A DNA stretch of 64,000 nucleotides from an uncultured Marinoscillum sp. (GTDB taxonomy: Bacteria; Bacteroidota; Bacteroidia; Cytophagales; MED-G16): positions 40,574 to 104,573 of the forward strand of contig CABYXZ010000003.1 of NCBI GenBank assembly GCA_902523065.1, read 5' to 3'. A program made the position numbers and the translations under genes. The notes beneath the pieces are model-generated. The model was given only the letters and a program-made list of their open reading frames with translations, did not search any database and was not told the origin of the DNA. Of the stretch, positions 30,461 through 39,054 are shown one piece after another (position 1 is the stretch's first letter; each line of letters begins with the position of its first letter).

Positions 30461-32944
30461 TTCTTATTAATCTTTTCATTTTTTCTGTTTTCATGTTCTG
30501 AAACTTATAAAAATAATTTTTCATTAGTGTTTGATATTAAAAAAGTTGATACTGAAAATAATACCTCAGTTATAAACTTCATTTTGTCAAATAATTCTAA
30601 TTATTCAATTCACTCTAAAAACTGGAGTATATTCTGGAGTCAAATGTATGGGGATATTGATAATAATTCATTGCCTGAAGGAGTCACCTTTGAATCTATC
30701 AACGGTGATTATAGAAAATTAAATTTTAAAGATTTTCAATTAAAAAAAAACTCATCAATAGAATTTGAATTTTTGATGAATGGTTTTTGGGAAAGGTTAG
30801 TTTTAGGTCCTCAAGGTGTGTTTATTAGAGATGATTTGAGAGATACAACATATGATGTGGATACAGAGATAAAATGGAGAGCTGCCGAAGGAATTGAAAA
30901 ACTAAATTTACCTAACTCAAAAAGTAGATATAATAATAATAAATTGACAAAACATCTTCATAGGAATATGATTGGAGATATAATCCCTACCCCTAAATCG
31001 ATAAAAAAAATTAGTGGAAAGTATGAGCTGAAAGATACATTTAATATTAGCTTTAATAATGATGAATTTACAGATGTAATTAATCTGTATTTAAAGAATT
31101 CTAATGAATTCTTAGGCATTAAGCACAATAAAAATGTTGAAGATTATGATATATTATTGACTAAAAATGAATCATTTAGCGATGAAGAATATACGCTCAA
31201 TATTATAGATGAGGAGATTAAAATAAACTTTGCAGATAAATCCGGATTATCATATGCCTTAAATAGTTTATTTCAATTATTTATTAATGCAAAAATTGAA
31301 AGGTCTGACTTCATTTCTAACTATCAGATTCATGATGTACCTAGATTTAAATATAGAGGAATACATCTTGATATATCTCGAAATTATTATGGTCCAAATA
31401 AGATTAAACAGCTTCTAGATTTTATGCATTACTTTAAATTAAATAAGTTTCATTTAAATATTACAGATGATGAAGGATGGAGGATAGAAATTCCAGGGTT
31501 ACCTGAATTGACCGATGTTGGCTCTAAAAGAGGGTACACTTCTGATGAGAGAGATCACTTAAATCCTGCTTATGGTTCTGGTTCGAAAACGAATATGTTA
31601 TTTGGTTCAGGATATTTAAAAAAGAGTGAATTTATTGAAATTATTAAATATGCTAATGAAAGGAATATTGAAATTATACCCGAAATAAATTTTCCAGCTC
31701 ACTCAAGAGCAGCAGTAAAAGCCATGGAATCTAGATACTTTAAATATATTGAATTAAATGATTCTAATAAGGCCGAGGAATACTTACTATCTGACCTTAA
31801 CGATCAGAGTAGCTACATATCAGCACAAGGTTATAACGATAACGTAATATCAATATGTAAAGAAAGTAGCTTTAGATTCTTTAAAAAAGTAATCGATGAA
31901 CTCGATTTTATGTTTGAGGACGCTGGGGTTAAACTTAAAAATTTTCATTTAGGTGGAGACGAATTACCATACGGTGCTTGGATTGGTTCACCAATTTGTC
32001 AAGAATTTGTCAATGATAATAACACTATTACCTTTAATAATCTCGTTGAAAATGCTTTTAGGAGAGTTATAGACCTACTTAACAATAGGAATGTAAATGT
32101 TAGTGGTTGGGAAGATGTGTTACTTGTTCACGGGGAAGATGAACAGAACTCAATCGATATCAATAGGAATTTTGATGGAATAAATTTTACACCGTATGTA
32201 TGGAATAACTACTGGGGAGGGGGAAGAGAAGACATGGTCTATAAGTTTGCTAATTTAGGATACAATGTTATCATGAGTAATTCTTCTGCTTTTTATTTTG
32301 ATATGACTGACGATTTAGATCCTGAAAATTATGGACTTTCTTGGTCAGGATATGTTAATTATAAGGACTCTTGGTTAACTGAGCCTTTAAATGTCTATTC
32401 AAAAACATATCTTGAATCTGATTTTAAAAGATTTAAAAACCCTAAATATGTCTCAATAGACAAGAAAAAGGAAAGTAATTTCCTTGGAATTCAGGGACAG
32501 TTGTGGACAGAAACAGTCAGAAATGAGAAGATATTTGATGAATTAATGTATCCTAACCTTATTGTTCTAGCTGAAAAGGCGTGGTCTCAACAAGATCAAT
32601 GGACGAAAAATTTATCGATTCAAAGTATTGATGAAATGATGAATAAAGAATGGAGTTATTTTGCCAATACACTTGGACACAAAACTTTAAATCATCTATC
32701 GTTATTATATGGTGGGATTGATTTTGATTTACCAAAACCAGGTGGAATTATTAAAAATGATACCCTTTTTGTGAACTCTGTATTTCCTGGCACAGATGTT
32801 AGGTTTACTAGAGATGGGTCTAAACCATCATCTGATGATGAATTATATACAAAAGAAATAAAAGTTCTTTCCTCAGAATTAATTGTTTTAAGATCATTCG
32901 ATAAGACCGGTCGAGGAGGAAGAGATATTGTGGTTAGTAGATGA
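30455..32944 (+). CDS. GH20 beta-N-acetylhexosaminidase (chitobiase-like, lipoprotein)
   Basis: 829 aa with a GTG start and a lipobox (FLFSCSE). GH20 blocks (RGIHLDISRNYY, HLNITDDEGWRIE, FHLGGDELP catalytic D-E, LWTE) and a C-terminal Fn3_assoc-like tail (VRFTRDGSKPSSDDELYTKEI). Confidence 0.9.
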   Translation: MRFLLIFSFFLFSCSETYKNNFSLVFDIKKVDTENNTSVINFILSNNSNYSIHSKNWSIFWSQMYGDIDNNSLPEGVTFESINGDYRKLNFKDFQLKKNSSIEFEFLMNGFWERLVLGPQGVFIRDDLRDTTYDVDTEIKWRAAEGIEKLNLPNSKSRYNNNKLTKHLHRNMIGDIIPTPKSIKKISGKYELKDTFNISFNNDEFTDVINLYLKNSNEFLGIKHNKNVEDYDILLTKNESFSDEEYTLNIIDEEIKINFADKSGLSYALNSLFQLFINAKIERSDFISNYQIHDVPRFKYRGIHLDISRNYYGPNKIKQLLDFMHYFKLNKFHLNITDDEGWRIEIPGLPELTDVGSKRGYTSDERDHLNPAYGSGSKTNMLFGSGYLKKSEFIEIIKYANERNIEIIPEINFPAHSRAAVKAMESRYFKYIELNDSNKAEEYLLSDLNDQSSYISAQGYNDNVISICKESSFRFFKKVIDELDFMFEDAGVKLKNFHLGGDELPYGAWIGSPICQEFVNDNNTITFNNLVENAFRRVIDLLNNRNVNVSGWEDVLLVHGEDEQNSIDINRNFDGINFTPYVWNNYWGGGREDMVYKFANLGYNVIMSNSSAFYFDMTDDLDPENYGLSWSGYVNYKDSWLTEPLNVYSKTYLESDFKRFKNPKYVSIDKKKESNFLGIQGQLWTETVRNEKIFDELMYPNLIVLAEKAWSQQDQWTKNLSIQSIDEMMNKEWSYFANTLGHKTLNHLSLLYGGIDFDLPKPGGIIKNDTLFVNSVFPGTDVRFTRDGSKPSSDDELYTKEIKVLSSELIVLRSFDKTGRGGRDIVVSR

Positions 32945-32977
32945 TGTAAAAAATATTGAAATATCATAAATAAAAAA

Positions 32978-33000
32978 CCCTCTTAATACTATTAAGAGGG
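32978..33000. terminator. bidirectional rho-independent terminator hairpin
   Basis: CCCTCTTAA-TACTA-TTAAGAGGG is a 9-bp stem. It has an A-run upstream and a T-run downstream, between the convergent GH20 and fasciclin genes. Confidence 0.75.
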
Positions 33001-33024
33001 CTCAGTTTTTATTTAAAATATAAA

Positions 33025-33525
33025 TTATTCAGGCATTACAACAGAACTTATTACGTGAATAACTCCATTTGATCCTGCAACATCAGTTGCTATAATTTCA
33101 CTCATATTACCTTGAGCATCCTTTAAATAAATTTTTCCATCTTTCTTCCTAGCTGTTAGAGTTTGGCCATTTAAAGCGGTTAGCTTAGCTCTACCATAGC
33201 CTGATTTTAGAGCTGCTGCTACATCACTTGCCATAAGTTTACCAGATACTACATGGTAGGTTAAGATGTTTGATAAAGCTTTAACATTTTCAGGTTTTAA
33301 TAAATTTCCTAATGTTTCGGAATCAATTTTTGAAAATGCATCATTGTTCGGTGCAAATACAGTAAATGGTCCTTCACCACTTAAAGCGCCAACTAAGTCA
33401 GCCGCTTTTAAAGCTGTCACAAGTGTTGAGAAGTCTTTATTAGAAACTGCTACATCAACTACAGTTTGAGCTGATAGAGTTACTGTAAATAACAAAGCTT
33501 TAATAGTTAAAATTAAATTTTTCAT
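33025..33525 (-). CDS. fasciclin (FAS1) domain protein, secreted
   Basis: 166 aa with a signal peptide. FAS1 H1/H2 motifs (TVFAPNNDAF, NGVIHVISSVVMP). Confidence 0.9.
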   Translation of the reverse strand: MKNLILTIKALLFTVTLSAQTVVDVAVSNKDFSTLVTALKAADLVGALSGEGPFTVFAPNNDAFSKIDSETLGNLLKPENVKALSNILTYHVVSGKLMASDVAAALKSGYGRAKLTALNGQTLTARKKDGKIYLKDAQGNMSEIIATDVAGSNGVIHVISSVVMPE

Positions 33526-33655
33526 TGTACATATTTTTTAAATTAAAATTACTTTTACGGTACATTTCAATAAAAAGATTTAAATATTTAAATATACTTT
33601 TCTTAATATGAGATCAAGCCCTATAAAATCCATACTCTTTTGAATTTTTATTAGA

Positions 33656-33679
33656 TAGTTGTAGGTTTGACTTGTGAGA
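33656..33679 (+). promoter_or_regulatory. start-codon-straddling motif copy D (TAGTTGTAGGTTTGACTTGTGAGA)
   Basis: Contains an exact TAnnTTTG (TAGGTTTG) ending 4 nt before the GTG start at 33674. Confidence 0.35.
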
Positions 33680-34063
33680 GTTCTGCTAATATTTATATCA
33701 TTTTTCTTAATTTCTTGCGAAAATGATATGGATTGTTGTGTTATGCCATCCGTTTTTAATATGGAGTTAAGATATAATGGAGATAGATTAGAGTTTTCTC
33801 GAGTATCGGTTTTATCTAATCCCGCCTCTTCCCCAGCCATACCTGATTATTCCTTAGATATTTCTTCAAATAATGAAAGTTTCGAAGTTTACGGTTTAAA
33901 AAATACAGAGGATGTTTATGTTACCCTTACTTTTTTTTGTACGGCTGACGGTGAGTTTTATACTAAGGAAGTGAAAGCTGATTTTTTTGACGATAAAATA
34001 ACTGTGTTACTAATTGAGAAAGTTATTGGTTGTGAGCCTACTATTGAAGTAATTTACGAATAA
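33674..34063 (+). CDS. hypothetical lipoprotein
   Basis: 129 aa with a GTG start and a lipobox (FFLISCEN). No recognised family. Confidence 0.4.
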   Translation: MRVLLIFISFFLISCENDMDCCVMPSVFNMELRYNGDRLEFSRVSVLSNPASSPAIPDYSLDISSNNESFEVYGLKNTEDVYVTLTFFCTADGEFYTKEVKADFFDDKITVLLIEKVIGCEPTIEVIYE

Positions 34064-34133
34064 AATATAAGATTCCTTAGTTTCCATTTATGAAACCCTA
34101 CCCTTTTTAATTGATTTCCCGTATGATAGGAAT

Positions 34134-34706
34134 ATGTATATTAAAATATCTACATTACTTCTATTGTTTCCTATTTTTTCTTATTCTCAAACGAAAGATA
34201 TAATGGCAGAAAAAAGTTTCTATATAATTAACACACAAAAAGATATTGGCTTAAACTATTGGAATATTGTTAATGATGATGTGATGGGTGGAATTTCAAA
34301 GTCTTATTTATCTCTTAACGATGAAAAAAATCTAGTTTTCAACGGGTACCTATCATTAGATAATAATGGAGGATTTGCATCATCAAGATTAAGTTTTCCA
34401 AAGGAAACCTTAAGTGGAGTTAAATCTTTTAAAATTAAAGTTAAGGGTGATGGAAACATATATAAATTAAGATTTAGACAAAATAATAGAAGAGCTTCAT
34501 ACTCGTGTGATTTTCAATCTTTAAAAGATGAGTGGATTGAAATTAATTTGAATGTAGATGAGTTCAGACCTTACTGGCGTGGATATGCTTATAATGATTA
34601 TCCCTCTTTAGAAGTTAGTGAAATAAATTCATTAGGAATACAAATATCTGATAAGCAAGAAGGAGAATTTCAGTTGGAAGTAAAATACATTGAAGCGATT
34701 TATTAA
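34134..34706 (+). CDS. CIA30 (complex I intermediate-associated protein 30-like) domain protein, secreted
   Basis: 190 aa with a signal peptide. WNIVNDDVMGGISKSYL...FNGYLSLDNNGGFASSR matches the CIA30 signature. Confidence 0.7.
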   Translation: MYIKISTLLLLFPIFSYSQTKDIMAEKSFYIINTQKDIGLNYWNIVNDDVMGGISKSYLSLNDEKNLVFNGYLSLDNNGGFASSRLSFPKETLSGVKSFKIKVKGDGNIYKLRFRQNNRRASYSCDFQSLKDEWIEINLNVDEFRPYWRGYAYNDYPSLEVSEINSLGIQISDKQEGEFQLEVKYIEAIY

Positions 34707-34803
34707 GTATCTCTAAGTTTTAAATTGCTCACCATAAAAATTTACTTCATAAATATTTTAAATTTTTTTTGAAGTATTTCAAAATGATTTTTAACTTAAA
34801 AAT

Positions 34804-35043
34804 GTGGAAATAATTGACTACATATTTATTGGCTGCATTGTAATAGCTGTTTTCAGTTTATTGGTTATGTTGTTCAAAAAAATAATAAAAATCCCTGACG
34901 AAATGATAATAAAAAGTAGTCAGTCAAGCATCAAAAAAGGTGAAACCATAGGTGCAATAATCGGATTAGTGATTGGACTATTTATATGTTATTATATAAC
35001 TATAAATAATTATTTCGGATTATATGATATTTTTTTCGGATGA
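34804..35043 (+). CDS. small hypothetical membrane protein
   Basis: 79 aa with a GTG start and two TM segments. ATGA overlap with the next ORF. Confidence 0.35.
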   Translation: MEIIDYIFIGCIVIAVFSLLVMLFKKIIKIPDEMIIKSSQSSIKKGETIGAIIGLVIGLFICYYITINNYFGLYDIFFG

Positions 35044-35327
35044 ATAAAAGTGAAAAAAAGCATATTGGTCCTATGATATTTCATATGCTAAAGTTTTTTG
35101 CTTACTGTTATTTAATACTTCAACTATTAAATTTTCATTTTCCTATCTATATGCAATCCAAACAACCACGTAGTATTTTCGAAATGCTTATATTCATTGT
35201 ATTCTTGATATTTGTGCCTGCATTATATTTTTTACTTGATTATCTTATTGTTAAAGACAAAAAGAAATGGCTTGAAAATTTTAAAATAAGAAGAAAAATA
35301 TTTTATAAACATGATCATGGTCATTGA
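35040..35327 (+). CDS. small hypothetical membrane protein
   Basis: 95 aa with two TM segments and a basic C-terminus. Confidence 0.35.
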   Translation: MNKSEKKHIGPMIFHMLKFFAYCYLILQLLNFHFPIYMQSKQPRSIFEMLIFIVFLIFVPALYFLLDYLIVKDKKKWLENFKIRRKIFYKHDHGH

Positions 35328-35399
35328 TAATTAAAAAAAAAAACTAAAGCTTTTAAAAATAATAATGGCTTGGCTAATCAATTTACTAGAAACTAAATT

Positions 35400-36506
35400 A
35401 TGAATAATAGATTATTATCAGTTGATGTTTTCAGAGGTTTTACAATTGCTCTAATGATTACTGTGAATAGCCCTGGGAGCTGGAGTAACACTTTCTCTCC
35501 ACTTCTACATGCAGACTGGAACGGAATTACACTTACTGATTTTGTATACCCATTCTTTATATTTATAGTTGGCGTCTCAATTGTACTTTCCAGAAATAAC
35601 AAAGGAACAACATCATCAAAAAAAGGCATAATTCTTAGGTCTATAAAAATATTTATCCTCGGTGTATTTTTGGGAGCTTTCACAGAATCAATGTATCATT
35701 TTATGAGTACAGGAGGGCTTCCCAGTCTTTCTGACATTAGAATTCCTGGTGTTTTACAAAGAATTGCAATTGTTTATTTAACCTGCGCAATCATGTTTGA
35801 CTACACAAATTGGATTCAACAACTAATTATCATGCTATCCATACTTATTCTATATTACGTGTGTATGCAATTTATTCCAGTGCCAGGAATTGGACCCGGC
35901 GTCCTTGAACCTGGTAAAAACCTTGCCGCATATATAGATAGCATCTTAATACCTGGATCGATGTGGGAAGGGACGTGGGATCCTGAAGGTATTTTAAGTA
36001 CATTCCCTGCAATTTCATCTGGAATTGGAGGAATGCTTGCTGGATATGTTCTAACAACTAAAAAAACAATCGAGAGGAAAGTTATTATTTTATACTTTGC
36101 TGGATTTATTTGTTTATTGGATAGCTTTATTTGGGAGTGGTTAATGCCAATTAATAAAAATTTATGGACAAGTACTTATGTTATGCACACAACTGGTTGG
36201 GCTTTTCTAACTCTTGCAACTACTACCCTTTTGTGTGATATTTTAAAACTACATTCATGGTTTAAAATTGGAATTATATTTGGAAGTAATTCTATTGCTA
36301 TTTATGCTTTGTCTCAGATGATGACTTACTTCGCATATGGGATGCCTATTTTAAATACTACATTTAATGGTATGATTTATGGTGGAATGATTGAAATTGG
36401 AGTCTATCCAAAATTAGCATCTCTAGTTTGGGCTCTTACATATACATCAGTATGTTTTGTAGTTGCATACTATTTATATAAAAAGAAAATATTCTTAAAA
36501 TTATAG
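35400..36506 (+). CDS. heparan-alpha-glucosaminide N-acetyltransferase-like / DUF5009 family membrane acyltransferase
   Basis: 368 aa, polytopic. The N-terminal RLLSVDVFRGFTIALMITVN motif is characteristic of the HGSNAT/DUF5009 family. Confidence 0.65.
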   Translation: MNNRLLSVDVFRGFTIALMITVNSPGSWSNTFSPLLHADWNGITLTDFVYPFFIFIVGVSIVLSRNNKGTTSSKKGIILRSIKIFILGVFLGAFTESMYHFMSTGGLPSLSDIRIPGVLQRIAIVYLTCAIMFDYTNWIQQLIIMLSILILYYVCMQFIPVPGIGPGVLEPGKNLAAYIDSILIPGSMWEGTWDPEGILSTFPAISSGIGGMLAGYVLTTKKTIERKVIILYFAGFICLLDSFIWEWLMPINKNLWTSTYVMHTTGWAFLTLATTTLLCDILKLHSWFKIGIIFGSNSIAIYALSQMMTYFAYGMPILNTTFNGMIYGGMIEIGVYPKLASLVWALTYTSVCFVVAYYLYKKKIFLKL

Positions 36507-36551
36507 AGCAGATAAAATTGATTTTTAAAACTAATATAAATAGGTTTAATT

Positions 36552-36686
36552 ATGCATTTAGGTCATGTATTGTTGCTAACAGTTTTTTTTATATTATTTA
36601 GCTGGCTTTTTTATAAGGCATACACGGCATATAAGAAAAACGGATGGGATGATCCATTTTTTCAATCTGGTGATGACACACACTAA
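36552..36686 (+). CDS. candidate 44-aa single-TM micro-protein (not in the ORF track)
   Basis: ATG..TAA ORF MHLGHVLLLTVFFILFSWLFYKAYTAYKKNGWDDPFFQSGDDTH. One TM, then a polar tail. Lies 27 nt upstream of the next gene. Loosely FixQ/CcoQ-like in shape only. Confidence 0.3.
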   Translation: MHLGHVLLLTVFFILFSWLFYKAYTAYKKNGWDDPFFQSGDDTH

Positions 36687-36713
36687 AATTACTTTTTATA
36701 CTTACAAATAATT

Positions 36714-37163
36714 ATGAATGTTTACCATTATACCCATATAAAAGCAGGGATTAGTATACTCCAAGATGGGTTCATTGAGGTTCCTGAGACTGCTAACATT
36801 AATACCAAATCAGCCATTTGGTTTACTAAACAGAGTAGATATGTACCCTCAACTTTAAATGAAAATACCTCTTTTGATGAAAAGATAAAAACAGTTGGCT
36901 GTATGAGATTTGTCTATAATAACGATGGAGAATTACTTTCTTGGAATGATTTTATAAACAATTTAAAGTTGGAGGATAAAGATCTCGATGGATTTATGAA
37001 GGGTTTGAATGAGGTTGGGTCAGAAACCTCTAACTGGTTTTGTTCCTTCAAGAATATTTCTTTAAAAGAATTGGTTTCTATTGAGGTATTTACTGATAAG
37101 TGGGACTGGGCAAATGATGATAATATCCAATTTGCAATTAGAAAAGCAGAATCTCTAAATTAA
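36714..37163 (+). CDS. hypothetical cytoplasmic protein with an N-terminal YHYT motif (possible ADP-ribosyltransferase-like fold)
   Basis: 149 aa. MNVYHYTHIKAGISILQDGFIE...AIWFTKQ resembles the N-terminal pattern of HYD1/DarT-like ART-fold families. By eye only. Confidence 0.5.
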   Translation: MNVYHYTHIKAGISILQDGFIEVPETANINTKSAIWFTKQSRYVPSTLNENTSFDEKIKTVGCMRFVYNNDGELLSWNDFINNLKLEDKDLDGFMKGLNEVGSETSNWFCSFKNISLKELVSIEVFTDKWDWANDDNIQFAIRKAESLN

Positions 37164-37166
37164 ACA

Positions 37167-37301
37167 ATGGAGTTCCCAATTGAAAATCCATTTGAACTAT
37201 TTGGTTATAATATAAGACCAGGAATTATTTTTTTGGTCAGCTTTATATTAATCAAAATGTATTTTTATATTAAAGGATTAAAAAATAAAAGACCTAAATA
37301 A
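37167..37301 (+). CDS. candidate 44-aa single-TM micro-protein (not in the ORF track)
   Basis: MEFPIENPFELFGYNIRPGIIFLVSFILIKMYFYIKGLKNKRPK. Its ATG is 3 nt after the stop of the 149-aa gene. Confidence 0.3.
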   Translation: MEFPIENPFELFGYNIRPGIIFLVSFILIKMYFYIKGLKNKRPK

Positions 37302-37322
37302 TAAATCAATTAAATCAATAAT

Positions 37323-38267
37323 ATGTACTTCATTTATTTAATGATTATTATAAATATTTCATTGCCAAAACCTCGAAAAGAATGTCCTCCATGTAGTATC
37401 ATCATTAACTCAAAAAGTGACTATAAAAATAAAATTGAGTATGAATGGCCAAGAATTAAACCTAATTCCACGATCAAAATCAATTCTTTAACAAAGGTTT
37501 TATATTCTGAGGATAACGATTATCAATACTGGGAGTGGTCTAATAGAGAACCTTGGTGGTTAAATTATAGATCTGACCCATGGACAGAAAAGGCTAACTG
37601 GATTAGAAATTATGAGAAACCTATTCATAATTTTGAGTCTTGTGTTAACGATAATTTACGTTACAAATGTGGTTATTCTTATGTCTTAAATATTCCTAAA
37701 AATTATGAAAAGAATAAAAAATATCCATTAGTTATATCACTCCACGGCGATATCAAAAATAATTCTTACACATTACAGAGTAGATCAAATTATGGGAAAA
37801 ACTTTTTTGTTCCAGAGGATGATGAATACATAATAGCGACCCCAATAAAACTAGGCATCGACTGGAGTCCAAATAAAATCAATGATGTTATTACTGATAT
37901 TTCATCAAATATTAAGATTGATGAGAATAGAATATATCTAACCGGAAGGAGTATGGGAGGAAGAGGTACATTTATTGTTGCATCAGGGTTACCTGATAAA
38001 TTTGCTGCAATTATGCCATTTAGTCCTCATCATACACCATACTCGTATAAAGAATTAGCCCCAAAAGTATCACATCTCCCTATTTACCTGCACCATAGTA
38101 GAAATGATTATGTTTCAAGCTTTCAGTTAGCCGAAAAAACCTTTAATGAAATTAAGCAGAACAATAAAAATATTATATTTGATGTACGCAATTTTGGACA
38201 TTCTGGATGGCCAAAACTCTACAATGATGAAAAAATCGTTAGATGGATGCTGTCGTGGAAAAAGTAA
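37323..38267 (+). CDS. alpha/beta hydrolase (esterase, CE1/PHB-depolymerase-like)
   Basis: 314 aa. KYPLVISLHG oxyanion region, nucleophile elbow GRSMGG, and later HHSRNDYV and GHSGW as candidate Asp/His. Confidence 0.6.
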   Translation: MYFIYLMIIINISLPKPRKECPPCSIIINSKSDYKNKIEYEWPRIKPNSTIKINSLTKVLYSEDNDYQYWEWSNREPWWLNYRSDPWTEKANWIRNYEKPIHNFESCVNDNLRYKCGYSYVLNIPKNYEKNKKYPLVISLHGDIKNNSYTLQSRSNYGKNFFVPEDDEYIIATPIKLGIDWSPNKINDVITDISSNIKIDENRIYLTGRSMGGRGTFIVASGLPDKFAAIMPFSPHHTPYSYKELAPKVSHLPIYLHHSRNDYVSSFQLAEKTFNEIKQNNKNIIFDVRNFGHSGWPKLYNDEKIVRWMLSWKK

Positions 38268-38276
38268 ATTAATGAA

Positions 38277-38450
38277 ATGAAAAGGATTGTATACCTAACT
38301 GGAGTTCTTGCTTTATGTTGTTTTATATTGAGTGGTGCTTTCAAAATACTACAATTAATGGGTGCGCCATTATTACTTATATCCAGTGCAGTTTTTGCAT
38401 GCTTTTTTATTATTTCTTTTGCTATCTACAAGTTCAGAGGTAGCAGTTAA
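38277..38450 (+). CDS. candidate 57-aa two-TM micro-protein (not in the ORF track)
   Basis: MKRIVYLTGVLALCCFILSGAFKILQLMGAPLLLISSAVFACFFIISFAIYKFRGSS. Starts 10 nt after the esterase stop. Confidence 0.3.
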   Translation: MKRIVYLTGVLALCCFILSGAFKILQLMGAPLLLISSAVFACFFIISFAIYKFRGSS

Positions 38451-39052
38451 ATATCGTCTTTATTTATTTTTTTTAAAATATAATTTAACAGAATACCATA
38501 AAACGGCAGAAATAAAATCAATCCTATCAATATTTTTATAAAACTTTGATTAGTAGCGATCTCAATCCAGTTCTCTGCCATAAAAGTATCATTAGAATTA
38601 CTAAAAGCTGCGAAGAAGAAAACAAAAGTATCAATAACATTAGCGAAAACAGTTGATATTGAAGGTGCTATCCACCAATAATTATATCTCTCTCTTAAAA
38701 ATTGAAAAACATAAACATCAAGTAAAGTGCTGACTCCGTATGCGGTGGCGCTGGCAAATCCAATCCTGAAAGCTTCTTCTTCTCCTAATCCCTCAAAAAG
38801 TAAGATAGCTACTGATGATAAAATAGCCAGAGGATATGATAATGCAATTGTTGCCCTGGCAATTGACTTACCCAAAACTCTTACTGTCAAATCTATAGCA
38901 AGTACTACTATAGGAAATGAAAATGCTGACCACGTCAACTTTATGCCATATACCTCTAATGGTAAGGATACCAGAAAATTAGAGACAGTTATTACAATAA
39001 TTTGAACAGAAACAAGAAATAACAGAATTTTTTTGTTTGTATTTTTAAACAT
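38447..39052 (-). CDS. yhhQ: queuosine precursor (preQ0/preQ1) transporter, VUT/YhhQ family
   Basis: 201 aa. Aligns by eye along its whole length with E. coli YhhQ (TWSAFSFP..LAIDLTVRVLG, LLDVYVFQFLR, WWIAPSISTVFANVIDTFVFFFAAF, FMAENWIEIA, LPFYGILLN). Confidence 0.85.
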   Translation of the reverse strand: MFKNTNKKILLFLVSVQIIVITVSNFLVSLPLEVYGIKLTWSAFSFPIVVLAIDLTVRVLGKSIARATIALSYPLAILSSVAILLFEGLGEEEAFRIGFASATAYGVSTLLDVYVFQFLRERYNYWWIAPSISTVFANVIDTFVFFFAAFSNSNDTFMAENWIEIATNQSFIKILIGLILFLPFYGILLNYILKKINKDDI

Positions 39053-39054
39053 TT

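Noticed and set aside
33580-33840. 86-aa minus-strand ORF overlapping the start of the 33674 lipoprotein gene
   Set aside because: It overlaps the promoter-like motif and the signal-peptide region of the plus-strand gene. It has no signal, motif or start context of its own. The plus-strand ORF has a lipobox and is the better model.
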